NCBI RefSeq assembly: GCF_006345805.1
Contig: NC_043022.1
Coordinates: 16,740,001 to 16,804,000 of the forward strand
Direction of reading: 5' to 3'
Source: Octopus sinensis
Taxonomy: Eukaryota
Length of the DNA: 64,000 nucleotides
Made by a program: the position numbers and the translations under genes. The notes under the pieces were generated by a model. The model was not told the DNA's origin. It did not search any database and worked only from the letters and a program-made list of their open reading frames with translations. Each line of letters begins with the position of its first letter. Within the stretch, counting starts at the first letter, position 1. Below are positions 12,139 through 24,503 of this stretch, in pieces.

Positions 12139-12568
12139 GTTGTTGTTGTTGTCAACTAGATGTGGACGTCCATGAGATTTAGTCACAAGTCTCCTCCACT
12201 TTCAAAAACTTATTCTCCCTCCCAGATCAATAAATTAAATATCAGCCACCTACTGGAGCCTTTATAAAACCATTGAGCCCTCTTCTTTTGTTTCTAAAGC
12301 AGGACAAATGTCCAAAACATCGACACACCCTGTACTCATTTCAAGTACTCATCTCACCCATTAGACCAACACCATATTCATTGTACTTTTCTGTATGTGT
12401 GTTGTTCTGTGTAATTTTTCTCAACTGATTTTTGACATTGCATTGTGTGTGTGTGTGTGTGTACATGCATACATAGATACATACACACATATATATGAAC
12501 GTGTGTGTATGTATATATATATATATGCATGTATATATATATATATATGCATGTATATATATATATGC

Positions 12569-12611
<43 letters not shown>

Positions 12612-14130
12612 ATTATATAGACACACACACTCATATTCATAACACATTTGTAAGTATGGCAAAGAAGTGAATATAGGTCCTATCTTCAACAACAACTACA
12701 CCAACAATGATGATGATGATGATATTAATGATTATAATAATAATGATAATAATAATAATCTCTTCTTATTTAGACTTATATATATTTAGAACTGTACATG
12801 TGTGTGTGTGTGTGTGTGTGTGTGGTTGGAAATTGGATATTGAGATATTTTTGAATGCAAAAAGATGTGGCATTAAATTACTGTAATTAAATTAGTGTAA
12901 TATAATTAATTTATGTCCCTGTCCTCCTCCCCATGATCTCCCATTGCACTAATTGTCTTCTGTAATTTCATCAGCATGGAAATGTAGCTATTGGTTAAGG
13001 ATCTCTACATACATACACACACACATATCTCTACATATGTGCATAGCTATTTTGTCTATTTCCACACACACACACACACACATGTATACTTTTAGAAATA
13101 AAGTTTTGTGCTTTTGCATATTTTTCTGAAAATTCTATCAGAAGAATGAGCTGCTTCATGCAATCATTCAACATATTAAAAAGAGCAGCCAATTCTCCCT
13201 CAGACCAAACTCTACTTTCTTAAAAATAGAGAAGATATATTAGATAAAGTATTCCGAGATAGTTTATTTGTGAAAGAAGACTGAATGGCCATAATTGGAA
13301 TGACTCTGATAATAAGTCACCTCAGCCTGGCTCTAAACAGTTGCAGCCCCTTTATCGATCCCCTTCTTTTATATTTCTGTGTCTTTTTGTTCTTGTTTCT
13401 AAAATATATCACCAATTTTTGTTGTTGTTTAAACAAAAATCACTACCAAATATTTTGTTGCATTTTCATTATTATGTGCATAACTATTTATCGATATATT
13501 TCTGCATATACATACACACACACACACACATATACATACAAAGACACACACACACATACATGTCATCTATGGAGCTTTGATAAGGAGTTCGCAAATCCAG
13601 TACCTAAGATATACTTTCATCTTCATCCCTATTATTATTGGAGCAACAGCATACATGCCAACCCCATCTGAAGCTAAGTATGGCTGAACTTGGGTTTGAG
13701 GGGCAGAAAACGCAAATCCTTAATTCATACTCTACAAATGATCGCAATATCTGGAACTATAAAGATCTGCAAGACCTTCTTAAGATTTGGAGGATGATGA
13801 ACAAAACAAGGTTCTTTCCTTCACAGCCTTGCTCTCAAGCAAGTGGCTGCTCAAAATTTAAATTAAAAAGACAGGACAAAGATACAAATTATTGAAATGT
13901 TTTGTGCTTCTTGTACTAAAAATAATGTCCACTATTTAAGGAGTCCCTATCGACATGTTAAATCTGTTGAGATCAAATTGTCCCCTTCTGCTATAATCTT
14001 ACAATATGGAAGGGGATGGGCTCCCTAAGATTCATTTGTCTTTTATAACTTAAAGATGACTTTTATAGTTCCATATTTCTTTAACAATTTCCTAAATTAT
14101 AGGATCCTTCTTATCACTCTTTTCCTGTGT

Positions 14131-14450
14131 AGGTACATGGCTTAGGGGTTAGGGGTGTGTTTGGGTCACATAGTTGGGTTGTGAGTTCAATCTCTGGTAA
14201 TGCATTGTATCCTTGGGCAACATTCTTTATTTCATGTTGTTCCATTTCACTCAGCTGGCAGAAGCAAGTTGTACCTGTATTTCCAGGGGTCCAGCTTTGT
14301 CACATTCTGAGTCATATTGAATCTCCCTGAGAACCACATTAAGGGTACACATCTGTGGAGTACTCAGCCACTTGCACATTAATTTCACAAGCAGGCTGTT
14401 CCATTGATTGGTTCAAATGGAACTTTTGTCATTGTCACCAATGGAATACC
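14131..14450 (+). mobile_element. SINE family D, near full length
   Basis: A-box-like tggcttaggggtta and B-box-like gagttcaatc head, followed by the body also seen at 1-175. Confidence 0.7.
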
Positions 14451-15735
14451 AGTCCTCCACGAATACATTTCTCATTCTTAAATCAATTCAATTCATTAAT
14501 CTGTTTCATTAACCATTTTATAATTATTTTACTTTATATTTAATTAGCAATAAATATCATTAGTTCTTCCCCTCTTTTATTTTTCTTTGTAATTAAAATT
14601 GTTGCTAGAACAAAAATTAATTAGTTTTTTTTTTCCCCCGTAATGTTGGGAGGATTTCTCAATTGGTTTCACAACATTTACGTCTCTACTTTCAATGTTT
14701 CGTATATTTTCTGAGTTTATTATAAACAAATTCATATTTCTAAGGATGGTTTTCAAAAGATACAGACAAGCATGTATGTGTGTGTGTGTGCATGTGTATG
14801 TGTAAAGGAAGAGATTGGTGTGTGAATAAGAGAGAGCAAATGTTCTCATCCCAGTACAGTTACTCTATTGTACCCTTGGGTAAAAACTTTGTTTCTGTTT
14901 CATAACATCAAAATTTAGTGTATGAGGAAGAAAAAAAGACAGGTGGATGCAAGCCCTTGATCAGCCAAAACTGTTCCAGGTGACTGCACATATGTTTGTG
15001 TTAATAGACATTTGATGGTTCTTCATTAACGTGTGTGTGTGTGTATAAAGCTTCATCAACAAGGTTTGCTTTCTTTACTTCTGTGTGTTTTATACACATG
15101 GTACTGTACACATGGAAGCATTGTGCTTTCTCCCATGAATAAATTAAAATGCCATATGCTGTGAGCATGGCATTTCTTTTCCTTTTTGTTTTCTTTTGCT
15201 TTTCTCAATCAAATCTCAATGTTCTTTTGACTGTTTACATTTTGATATGTTTACTATTTCTGTTTCACGACCTCCAACTTCTTTCATTTGCACATCCAAA
15301 AAATGTGAAACTTGCTGAAACAATTCATTACAATTTCTTGTAATAAACTATGCTTTACTTTATGTATGGAGTACTTTTTCCCTTTTATAAACACACACAA
15401 GTTTATAGATAGGAATTCAATTGCATATATATAAATCTTTACTCATCATATACGTACATAAACATATATATACACATACACTCATTGCACATATTCACAT
15501 ACAAGTTCAGAAAATTTAAGAATTTTTTCATTTAATTATCCCTATATTTATATGAGAGAGGATGTAAAAACTTGCAAATACACTTGTGGTAACAAAATAC
15601 TTTAATCTCCTACCTTGGTTTCATGCATATCTCTTATGATAATCTGGATTAAAATCTCCAGTTACCACTCAGGATGATACAAAAACACTGACTAATGAGT
15701 TATGACTATATTCACAAAGAAACTTTTGATTTTAA

Positions 15736-15947
15736 CTCTTTAGCATTTAATCAAGCCATATCCAACCCAAATATTCTACCTGTTTTATATTAAAGCTGAT
15801 CATATCCAACCTTTCACACCTACCCTGCAATGTCATTTTAAAAATATACAAACACACCATTGAAATCTTGAAGCTGCGAGATTATGATTGGTTAATTCAA
15901 AACGATGTGAATAAATAAGTATTACATTTGACAAAGAAATCTGAATG
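15736..15947 (-). mobile_element. piggyBac-type MITE (TTAA-CCCTTTAG family), truncated
   Basis: TTAA|CTCTTTAGCATT start. Its reverse complement aligns along its length with the adjacent copy 15953-16172. Confidence 0.75.
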
Positions 15948-15952
15948 TTTAA

Positions 15953-16172
15953 CCCTTTGGTGTTCCGATTATTCTATCAAATGTGATGTTTGTTTATTTA
16001 TATTGTTTTGAATTAATCCTGCATTATCTTGTAGTTTAGCTATTTCAGTGATGTGATTTTTTAGTTTTAGAATGACATGGTAGGGCTGAGGTGAGGGGCA
16101 AGATCTGGTCAGTTTCAATATAAAACAGGTTGAATATTTTGGCCGGATATGGCCAGTTTGAATGCTAAAGGG
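15953..16172 (+). mobile_element. piggyBac-type MITE
   Basis: TTAA|CCCTTT...AATGCTAAAGGG|TTAA, TTAA target duplication. Confidence 0.8.
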
Positions 16173-16282
16173 TTAAGGGTTAATCTAATAACATTTTCTC
16201 TCTTTTTATTTAAAACATTTTTTAAAAATCTAAATTCTTTGTTGTGTCTACTTCAAACTGACCTTCTTTGTTTTCTGTTCAG

Positions 16283-16421
16283 AATCCTGATATTGTGCTG
16301 GTGCACTATCTTAATGTGCCCTATCCAGATAGTGCGAAGCTCAGCATTCCAGTTCTCTCTTATGGCTTTGAGAAGAAGGAATGGACCAAAGATGAGCTGG
16401 CTGATCAGCTGAGACCGATGT
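16283..16421 (+). CDS. CAMTA: CAMTA exon: C-terminal part of CG-1 DNA-binding domain
   Basis: ttttctgttcag|AAT CCT GAT..ATG T|gtaagt. NPDIVLVHYLNVPYPDSAKLSIPVLSYGFEKKEWTKDELADQLRPM parallels human NPDIVLVHYLNVP..KWTKEELIGQLKPM (recalled). Confidence 0.97.
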
Positions 16422-16944
16422 GTAAGTCAACATTGATTTTCTCTGTCTTAATTTCCTTTTATTAATTGTGATATTCTTATTGATCCAATAATAACTGTTT
16501 CAAGCTATTTTGGAACGTTCATGTGTGACGTCGCAATGGTTAAAATGGAGATGAAAGATCTCTTTTTGAAATTTGGTCGAGATTGGTAAAAATAATTGTT
16601 TCTGACAAACCATTATTTTTGTTGACAAGGAACAAGTTAGAGATGATTGATTTCAGGCATTTTGTTGACATCCAAAACTGCAAATGAAAGACAATACGAC
16701 AGCTTTGGAATACAGAACAGAACAGAAAATGCAAAAGATCTGGTTCCGTACTTTACCATTTGAATCAGAATTACACCACATCTCATCACGAAAACCTTTA
16801 TATTCCTTGTTGTGTTTGATTTTGCATTTTTAATTTATTTCTGTAATTTTTTTTTATCTTGGTATTCTATTTCTGGCTAATATATTTGTTCTATTGTGTG
16901 TCTGTGTGTCTGCGTCTTTGCATCTCTGTATGTTTTGCCTAGAT

Positions 16945-17228
16945 CAGTGTTTATCAACCGTTTTTTTTTTCTCTCTGAACCCCTTTAATTCTTTGATTGT
17001 TACTCAGACGCACCCTCATCACCACTCAGTGCTTAAAACCCATCCTATTATAGTTTCAGAATTTAATTTTATTAGGATTTGTATTAAAAATAATTATTAA
17101 AACAGTTTGTGTATTGCAGAAGCAAAACCAATTTATTGCTCATAAATTTTAACAACAAAATCTTATATGGACCCTCACGGGTCATAAGGGCCCCCAAGGG
17201 TCATCTGGACCCTGGTTGAGACCCACTG
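16945..17228. mobile_element. hAT/Charlie-type MITE
   Basis: TIRs CAGTGTTTATCAACC / GGTTGAGACCCACTG. 8-bp flanks gcctagat/gtccagat (6/8 identical). Confidence 0.75.
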
Positions 17229-17704
17229 GTCCAGATGAAAGAGGCAATGAGTACATAATGGGGGTCAGTTTAACAATGTATGAAGAAGTGATGGAGGTTT
17301 GACTGAACTGAATAGAGTTGGCAAACTGCCACAGGGTTTGAATCTGACAAAAAGACATTGATCTTGTGATTATTTTATCAAAGAGAATGCTTTGTAATAT
17401 TTAGTTGCAATTCTAGGTTTCTGAGTTCAAATCCTGCCAAACTTAATCTTACCTTATCCTTAGCAGTATCACTTCATAAAGGACTGGTCCCATGGAGTTA
17501 TTTACACCACATCATCGACAAAGCATCCATCTTCTCCCCCCAGGCCTTTCCATTAATTGCAGCCAATAACTCAGGGAGTAAAGATGAGTTTTTGCTCTGG
17601 TTGTATATCAAATACTCGTTACTCATGCGAGTTGTTAATTATTTCAATGAACTTCGGCTGTTTTAAATATTAAACGAGGAGATTGTAATTTGTTGCTTCG
17701 TTCA

Positions 17705-18085
17705 CCCTTTTGCCTTCAGATTACTCCTTTGTCAAATGCAAGGCTAATCTATTCACATTGTTTTGGATTAATCAGGCATTGCATTATCTCATAGCTTTGA
17801 GATTTCAATGAGGGGATTGCTTATTTCTAGGATGACATTGTAGGGTGGGTGTGAGAGCCTGGATCTGGCCAGTTTGAACATCAAACAGGTCGGTGGCATT
17901 TCATCCGTCTTTACATTCGGAATTCAAATTCTGCTGAGGTCAACTTTTTCTTTAATTCCTTCAGGGTCAGTAAGTACCATTTTGAGCAATGGGGTCCATG
18001 TAATCCACTTCCCCCCTCCTCCAAATTTTCTGGCCTTGTGCCATAATTTGAAATCAATATTTGAACCAGTCTAAAAGCTAAAGGG
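17705..18085 (+). mobile_element. piggyBac-type MITE with nested family A SINE (about 17888-18058)
   Basis: cccttt..cagattactc..tcaaatg start and gctaaaggg|TTAA end, interrupted by a SINE A body. Confidence 0.7.
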
Positions 18086-18317
18086 TTAACATACTGATAC
18101 AACAAGCGATTATTAAAGCAAGCCTTCTAGCCTGCAAGCATGGACCTTACTTCCTGCAATACAGCCCCTCCATTGTGGGGCAAGAGGCAGGGGGTATGTG
18201 AAATGGAATTCTGACTCAGTGTAGGTGGCTGGATTGTCGATGTACTCAGCTGATTTGTCTGTAATTAGAGTTATTGGAATTAATTAGAAGCCCTGATGTA
18301 ATTCATTTATGCTATAG

Positions 18318-18442
18318 ATCGAAAGAGGTCAACTTCATCGTCAGAAATCATGTCAATATTGGTTTCCCCTCTTGGTGGAATGGAAGAGGCTGAAAGAATC
18401 TCTGATGATGATGTTTCCGCAAAAGAATGGATGAATTGCTGA
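18318..18442 (+). CDS. Speculative CAMTA alternative terminal exon (phase 1)
   Basis: Weak acceptor atttatgctatag|AT. Phase-1 frame gives YRKRSTSSSEIMSILVSPLGGMEEAERISDDDVSAKEWMNC*. No homology support. Confidence 0.2.
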
Positions 18443-18792
18443 AATCTATGACTATTCACGGTTCTCCTCACCAAACATTCCACTCCATCCATAAATCAAT
18501 TATGCCATTGAATCAAATGCAAACAGCTCGCTAAATTCAATTGTGGAGCTGATTGCTACAAACACACAAATCCCACGCTTCTCCCCTACTCTTTCTTATT
18601 ATTTAATCTATTATCATTATCATTATTTTTATTATTATTATATATGTTGTTGCTGTTGTTGTTGCTATCATTGTAATGGTGGTTGCAGTGAAACAAGTGG
18701 CATTATTTACTCTCTCCTTGCTCTCCCCCTGTCTCTCCTTTTTATAAGTTGCCATCGTTTGGTTTGGTGAATCTCTTTATTTCTCTCCACAG

Positions 18793-18806
18793 ATAGTCAA
18801 ATCCAG
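18793..18806 (+). CDS. CAMTA: Candidate 14-nt CAMTA microexon (phase 1 to 0), YSQIQ
   Basis: tctctttatttctctccacag|ATAGTCAAATCCAG|gtactt. Restores frame between exons 16421 and 52259. Confidence 0.45.
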
Positions 18807-19184
18807 GTACTTTGCAGACAGACTTGCTAAATAAATAAACCGTTGCCGAAGAGTAGAGTAGGCAGCTCTCGGCAGCATCGATTCCACAGTTTGGTTTCAG
18901 TTTCTATCTGCTGCCACTTCTATTGTTTGGCAAATTACATAAGGAATGTGTAAACACACACACACACACACACACACACAGAGGAATATGTGCACTGATA
19001 CACATGCGCACAGAGGAATATGTTTGCACATGTACATACAAACAGACATACATAGACACACACAGGAATGTTCGCATGCACACATACATGCATACACACA
19101 CACAGGAATATGTTCACAGATACATGCACAGAAATGAAGGCAAACACACACACACACACACAGGAATATGAGATGATAATTTAA

Positions 19185-19640
19185 AGCAAACTCCTTGTTT
19201 AAGTTGGTCAATGCTGCCATAATCCTTGCCTTCAGTTCATCTCTGGTGTTACAAGGAGTTTTGTTGGTCACATGTTCAACTGCACCCCACACATAAATAA
19301 TCAAGGGTGTTGCAGTCTGGAGAGTTAGGTGGCCAGATGTTAGGGGTGATTTGGTCGCAGAAATTGTCTCACAACCATGACTGGGTTCTCCTGCTTGTGT
19401 TGCATGGTTCAGAGTCCTGTTGCCAGACATAGGGTCTTCCAGCAGCCACCCTCTTGACCCAGGGCAGCACCACCTCCTCCTGGCACTTGATGTAGGCCTC
19501 CATGTTGAGTCTGAGGCCATGTGGGAAGATGAATGGAGGCATAACGTCACCATCACTATTGATCACTCCAAAGACATGATGTTGACTAGATGTTTGATTT
19601 TTATCATTCTCAGTAAATGTCCTCAGAATGACATCCAAAC
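19185..19640 (-). mobile_element. Tc1/mariner-superfamily maT (DD37D) transposase relic
   Basis: VFGVINSDGDVMPPFIFPHGLRL..VWQQDSEPCNTSRRTQSWL*DNFCDQITPNIWPPNSPDCNTLDY. 37 positions (including one stop) separate the last two Asp; stop and frameshifts present. Confidence 0.85.
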
Positions 19641-20077
19641 ACTGTGAAATGTTCGTATTATAGCTTCCAGCATGAATGCCAAGCAGTACAGTATGTCATT
19701 TCCAAATTACTGGCAGAGTGAATTGCTTCTTGGTGCTGTTTTTCTCACAGGCGGTGCCCAACTGACCCTGCTATGCTGTGTAGTTGACAAAATTAAAAAT
19801 ATAAAATTGCAATAATTTACCAGTTGCACCCCCTATATACATGCGCACACACATACGATGGGCTTCTTTCAGTTTCCATCTACCAAATCTACTCACAAGG
19901 TTTTCCTCAGGCCAAGGTGCTATGTAGTGGGACTGAACCCAGAACCATGAGGTTGAGAAGCAAACTTTTTACCTTACACGCACACACACACACACACTTA
20001 CACACACACATACACACACACACTTACACACACACACATACACACACACACACACTTACACAGACACACACACACAC

Positions 20078-20115
<38 letters not shown>

Positions 20116-20749
20116 TTACACATACAGAGCATGGAATAGGTTTGTTATTTAAGCTTCTGCAAAGATTGTGGAGGACTTTTGGAGAACAGTTGTCTAAATT
20201 CCACCAATGTAAGAAGAGTGTTGTAGAAGGAAGAGCATTTTCAGAATTAGTTCACTGATGAGGATTTCGGAATTATAAGTCAGCAGTTACTAATTAAAAT
20301 GGAAACAAGTTTTTGTAATTAAATCATTGTGATGAAATTTCAGTAGATACATTGTGTCACCAATACCTAATGGTAGCATGGTGATGATGAGGATGATGAT
20401 GATGATGATGATAGTGGGGGGGGGGGTGATGGTGGTAATGATGAGTGTAACAGTGAAGATTTATCAAAGCAGCAGTGGTGATGATGGTGGTGATGGTGGT
20501 AGTGATGATGACATATCTATCAGAAGATTTCCTGTGTCTCATTAATTTCTTGTGTAAACAGAATGATGCAATTATAAATTTAAATATTTTTCTGCTATTT
20601 TTTTTTTTTTTTACCTTTTAATTACGAGACCAAATAAAGATGGCTCCAGATATTAGGAAACAAAGTCACAAAAATAAAATTTAGGAACAGAAAAGCAGAG
20701 AAAAGCAATTGCAAAATTTATCATCTTTAATATCAGATTCCAATTTTGA

Positions 20750-21800
20750 CACGAGGCCAGCAATTTTGGTGGAGGGGTAAATTGATTACATCGACCCCAG
20801 TACGCAACTGGTACTTATTTTATCGACCCCTGAAAAGGATGAAAGCCAAAGTCAACCTCGGTGGAATTTTGATGCTTAATATTGGTTTCAAATTTTGGCT
20901 CAAGGCCTGCAATTTTCTGGGGTGGGGAGTAAGTCGATTACGTTAACCCCAATGGTTAACAAGCTGAAAGAGTGAAAGTGACCTTAGTAGAATTTGAACT
21001 CTGAATGAAAAATTTGGATGGAGGGCCACTAAGCATTTTGTTCAGTGTGCCACCAATTTTGCTGCCTTTTTACAATATTAAACATGAAATAAAGGTGGCA
21101 AGCTGGCAGAAACATTAGCGGTGCTCCAGCATGGCCACAGTCAAATGGCTGAAACAAGTAAAAAAAAGAGTAAACACCAGGCGAAATGCTTAGCAGTATT
21201 TTGTCTGTTTTTACTTTCTGAGTTCAAATTCCACCGAGATTGACTTTGCCTTTCATTCTTTCGTGGCCAATAAATTAAGTACCAGTTGCATACTAAGGGT
21301 GAGCTCATTGACTGGCCCCTTCCCCCAAAATTTCGGGCCTTGTGCCTAGAGTAGAAAAGAGTATTTGTATTGCCAAGGCAGCAAACTAGCAGAAACGTTA
21401 GCACACCAGGCGAAATGCCTGGTGGTATTTGGTCTGTCTTTATGTTCTGAGTTCAAATTCGTCCTTTCAGGGTCGATGAATCGAGTACCAGTTGCGTACT
21501 GGGGTCGATCTAATCAACTGGCCCCTTCCCCAAAAAAAATTTCAGGCCTTGTGCCGAGAGCAGAAAAGAATATTAAACATGAAAATAAGGCAGCCAACTG
21601 GCAGGACTGTTAGCACCCGAATAAAATACTTGGCCGTATTGTGACCATTGGAATTCTGCTGAGGTCGACACTTTGCCTTTTGTCCTTTTACAGTCTTTAA
21701 ATTAAGGACCAGTTGAGCCTTGGGGGTCAATATAATTGACTGAAACCAGCACCACCCCAAAATTGTTAGCCTTATGCCATAATTTGAAACCGATATTTAG
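20750..21800. mobile_element. Cluster of 5 family A SINEs (2 minus, then 3 plus)
   Basis: Repeated family A bodies with an orientation switch near 21080. Confidence 0.75.
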
Positions 21801-22187
21801 AGTTCTAGGTGAGCTGAACTACTTTGGAAATAAATAGATAAATAAATAAATGAATACACATTCTTGGGGGGAGGTCATGTATTCGTTGGGGGCACGGCAG
21901 AGATAAGTGCTGTATCGCAGATCATTTAACTTGTATCATGAGGATAAGGAGAAAGAGTCGAGGGGCAGAGGGTGGGGTGGTGTTGGGTTGAGGGCAGGGG
22001 TGCTGCTGCTTTTGATGGTGGTGGTGGTGGCAAAAAAAAAATTGATGCATTTTTTGCCCTGAGATAACACAGGAAGCTGTTAGTGAAATCTGAAATGAAG
22101 GAAAAACAAATAAAAAGAAAAAAAAGAGATCAATTATATATTTTGGTTGTGTGATTCACTCATCCCAGGGATTGGAAAGAACATTGA

Positions 22188-22670
22188 GGTGGTGGTGGTG
22201 GTGGTGGTTGTGGTGGTGGTGGTAGTGGTTGTGGTGGTGGTGGTAGTGGTGGTGGTGTCAGTGGTAGTGGTGGTAGTGTCAGTGGTTGTGGTGGTGGTGT
22301 CAGTGGTGGTAATGTCAGTGGTTGTGGTGGTGGTGGTGGTGGTGGTGGTAGTGGTGGTGATGTCAGTGGTTGTGGTGGTGGTGGTGGTGGTGGTGGTGGT
22401 GGTAGTGGTGGTGATGTCAGTGGTTGTGGTGGTGGTGGTAGTGGTGGTGGTGTCAGTGGTGGTGGTGGTGGTGGTGGTGTCAGTGGTTGTGGTGGTGGTG
22501 GTAGTGGTGGTGGTGGTGGTAGTGGTGGTGGTGGTGGTGGTGGTGGTGGTCATGGTAGAAATGGTGATGGTGGTTGTGATGCTGGTTGCAGTGGTAATAT
22601 CGATGACAGTTGTGCTGGTAGTAGTAGTAGTAGTGATAGTGTTGATGACGGTTGTGGTTGTGGTGGTAGT
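22188..22670. repeat. (GGT)n compound microsatellite with GTCAGTGGTT interruptions
   Basis: Direct inspection. Explains the poly-V and poly-T ORFs. Confidence 0.95.
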
Positions 22671-24462
22671 AAAGTAAACCCAGAAACGTTCCCCCCCCCC
22701 CATTGTTCAAAACCATTCCAACAATTCTTCTTTCCTTTTTATTCTCTTCTTGCTTTTCGAAATGTTGTTGTCGTTCTCTTTGTTTTATATTCTTCTTATT
22801 ATTGTTCATGTTGTTCTTGTCGTTTACAATGGTAGTGATGATTATGATGATGATCACAAAATTGATGATGAAGAGGAGGAGGAGGAGGACAACAATGATA
22901 CTAATGATAGTGATGGTGATGATGGTGGTGATGATGATTATAATGATAATGTACTTACCTGTGGTTCCTATGTTTTGATGGGTTTTTTTATGAGGTGTTT
23001 ATGTTGTCTTTTTTCTTGCCTTTATTGTCTATTTACACTATTATTGTTGTTGTTGTTGAGGTTTCATAATAAAATTGTTGTTTGTTTGTTTGTTTTCGCT
23101 CAGAACCCCCCACCACACACACACACACATTTTGTGGTTTTCATTGTTATTGTTGCTGTTGTTGTGATGGCCTTCATCATTACCATCAGTCAATATTCAG
23201 TGTATTGGAATGCCCTCCCCCACTCCTGGGAACTCGACACCCAACCATTATACAAGCTGTTCACCCTACCCACCCACCCCATCACCACCACCACCACCAT
23301 CTCCTGTGACACACAAGTCGCTTCTTCTTACTTTTTCATTCATCGACTCCCTTCTCTTTCCTCTTATTACCCCCATCACTTCTTTTTTTCATTTCATTTT
23401 CCTTCTTATTTCCGCCACGACCACCACCACTGCCTCCCTCGTTTGTCGCTATGTAACAAGATATTGAGTTCACTTCCCATCGTGAATGAATGACTGGTGC
23501 ACAGCAGGGCCACATTACACTGCTCTACAACAAATACCTGCACTCTTAGCTTGACTTATCCACTTCTTTAATATTATTTTTTTTCCTTTCTGTCGGTCCG
23601 GTTCCTTTTTCAATTTTCCTACAAACTGTTGAATCATGTCGGTTTTTTAAAAATAATTTTTTATTTCCTATTATATTCATTGTCGTTGTTTTTAAATTCC
23701 TTAAGGGACCAGCATTAAGATCTTTGGTAAAATAAATTATTGATTTCTTATTTAAGCAACCATGTATCAGGTGGGTGTTTGGTTTTATTTTTTTCCTTTT
23801 CTATGAAGGAGGGAAGTGTATATGGGGGATGGGGGTGGGTGGCTGGGGAATATATAATGTTACATGTTTCTATCCTCTCCACCCCCACTCGAGACCTCTC
23901 GCTACATGAATAAAGTGAAATGATATCAACTGGGGATTGAGAGTAGCTTAGAAAGTTGGGAATTACTTTAGTTTTCTCTGGAGGAGAAAGAGGAGGAGGA
24001 GGGTGGTGGTGGTGGTTTGGTAACTATGATAATTATGATGACAAAGTCTAGTATGATGATGATAATGATGATTGTGGTGATGGTGATGATGGCAGTTATG
24101 ATGATAAATGCTGATAATGATGGCAGTGATGATTGGGTTTGAGTGGAGTGGGTAAGAATTGAACCCAGAACACAACGATTCAGAACAAATACACATAAGG
24201 GGAAGAGGGCTAAACTGATTACACCAACCCCAGTGCTCAGCTAGTTCTTGTTTTATTGACCCCGAAAGGATGAAAGGCAAAGTTGAACCCCATGAGATTT
24301 GAACTCAGTTCATAAAGAACCTGGATGTTTAGACACACACACACACACACAATCACGTATATATATATATATATAATATATCATCGAGAACGGACGTTAA
24401 ACGATGATGATGATGATGATATATGAAAGGGGTAAACGTTTTTATTTCTCTTTCAATTTCAG

Positions 24463-24503
24463 AATTATAACTATTAGCGGTTTGAGTTTGGCTGCTCTTT
24501 CTA
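24463..24503 (+). other. Candidate 41-nt poison or non-coding exon
   Basis: tttttatttctctttcaatttcag|AATT..TCTA|gtgagt. Joined to exon 16421 it forms T|AA stop. Confidence 0.3.

Noticed and set aside
13638-13895. 85-aa + strand ORF as a CAMTA exon
   Set aside because: No CG-1 similarity and no convincing splice sites in the needed phase.
22134-22857. Long poly-T, poly-V and poly-H ORFs (mucin-like)
   Set aside because: Translations of the (GGT)n microsatellite.
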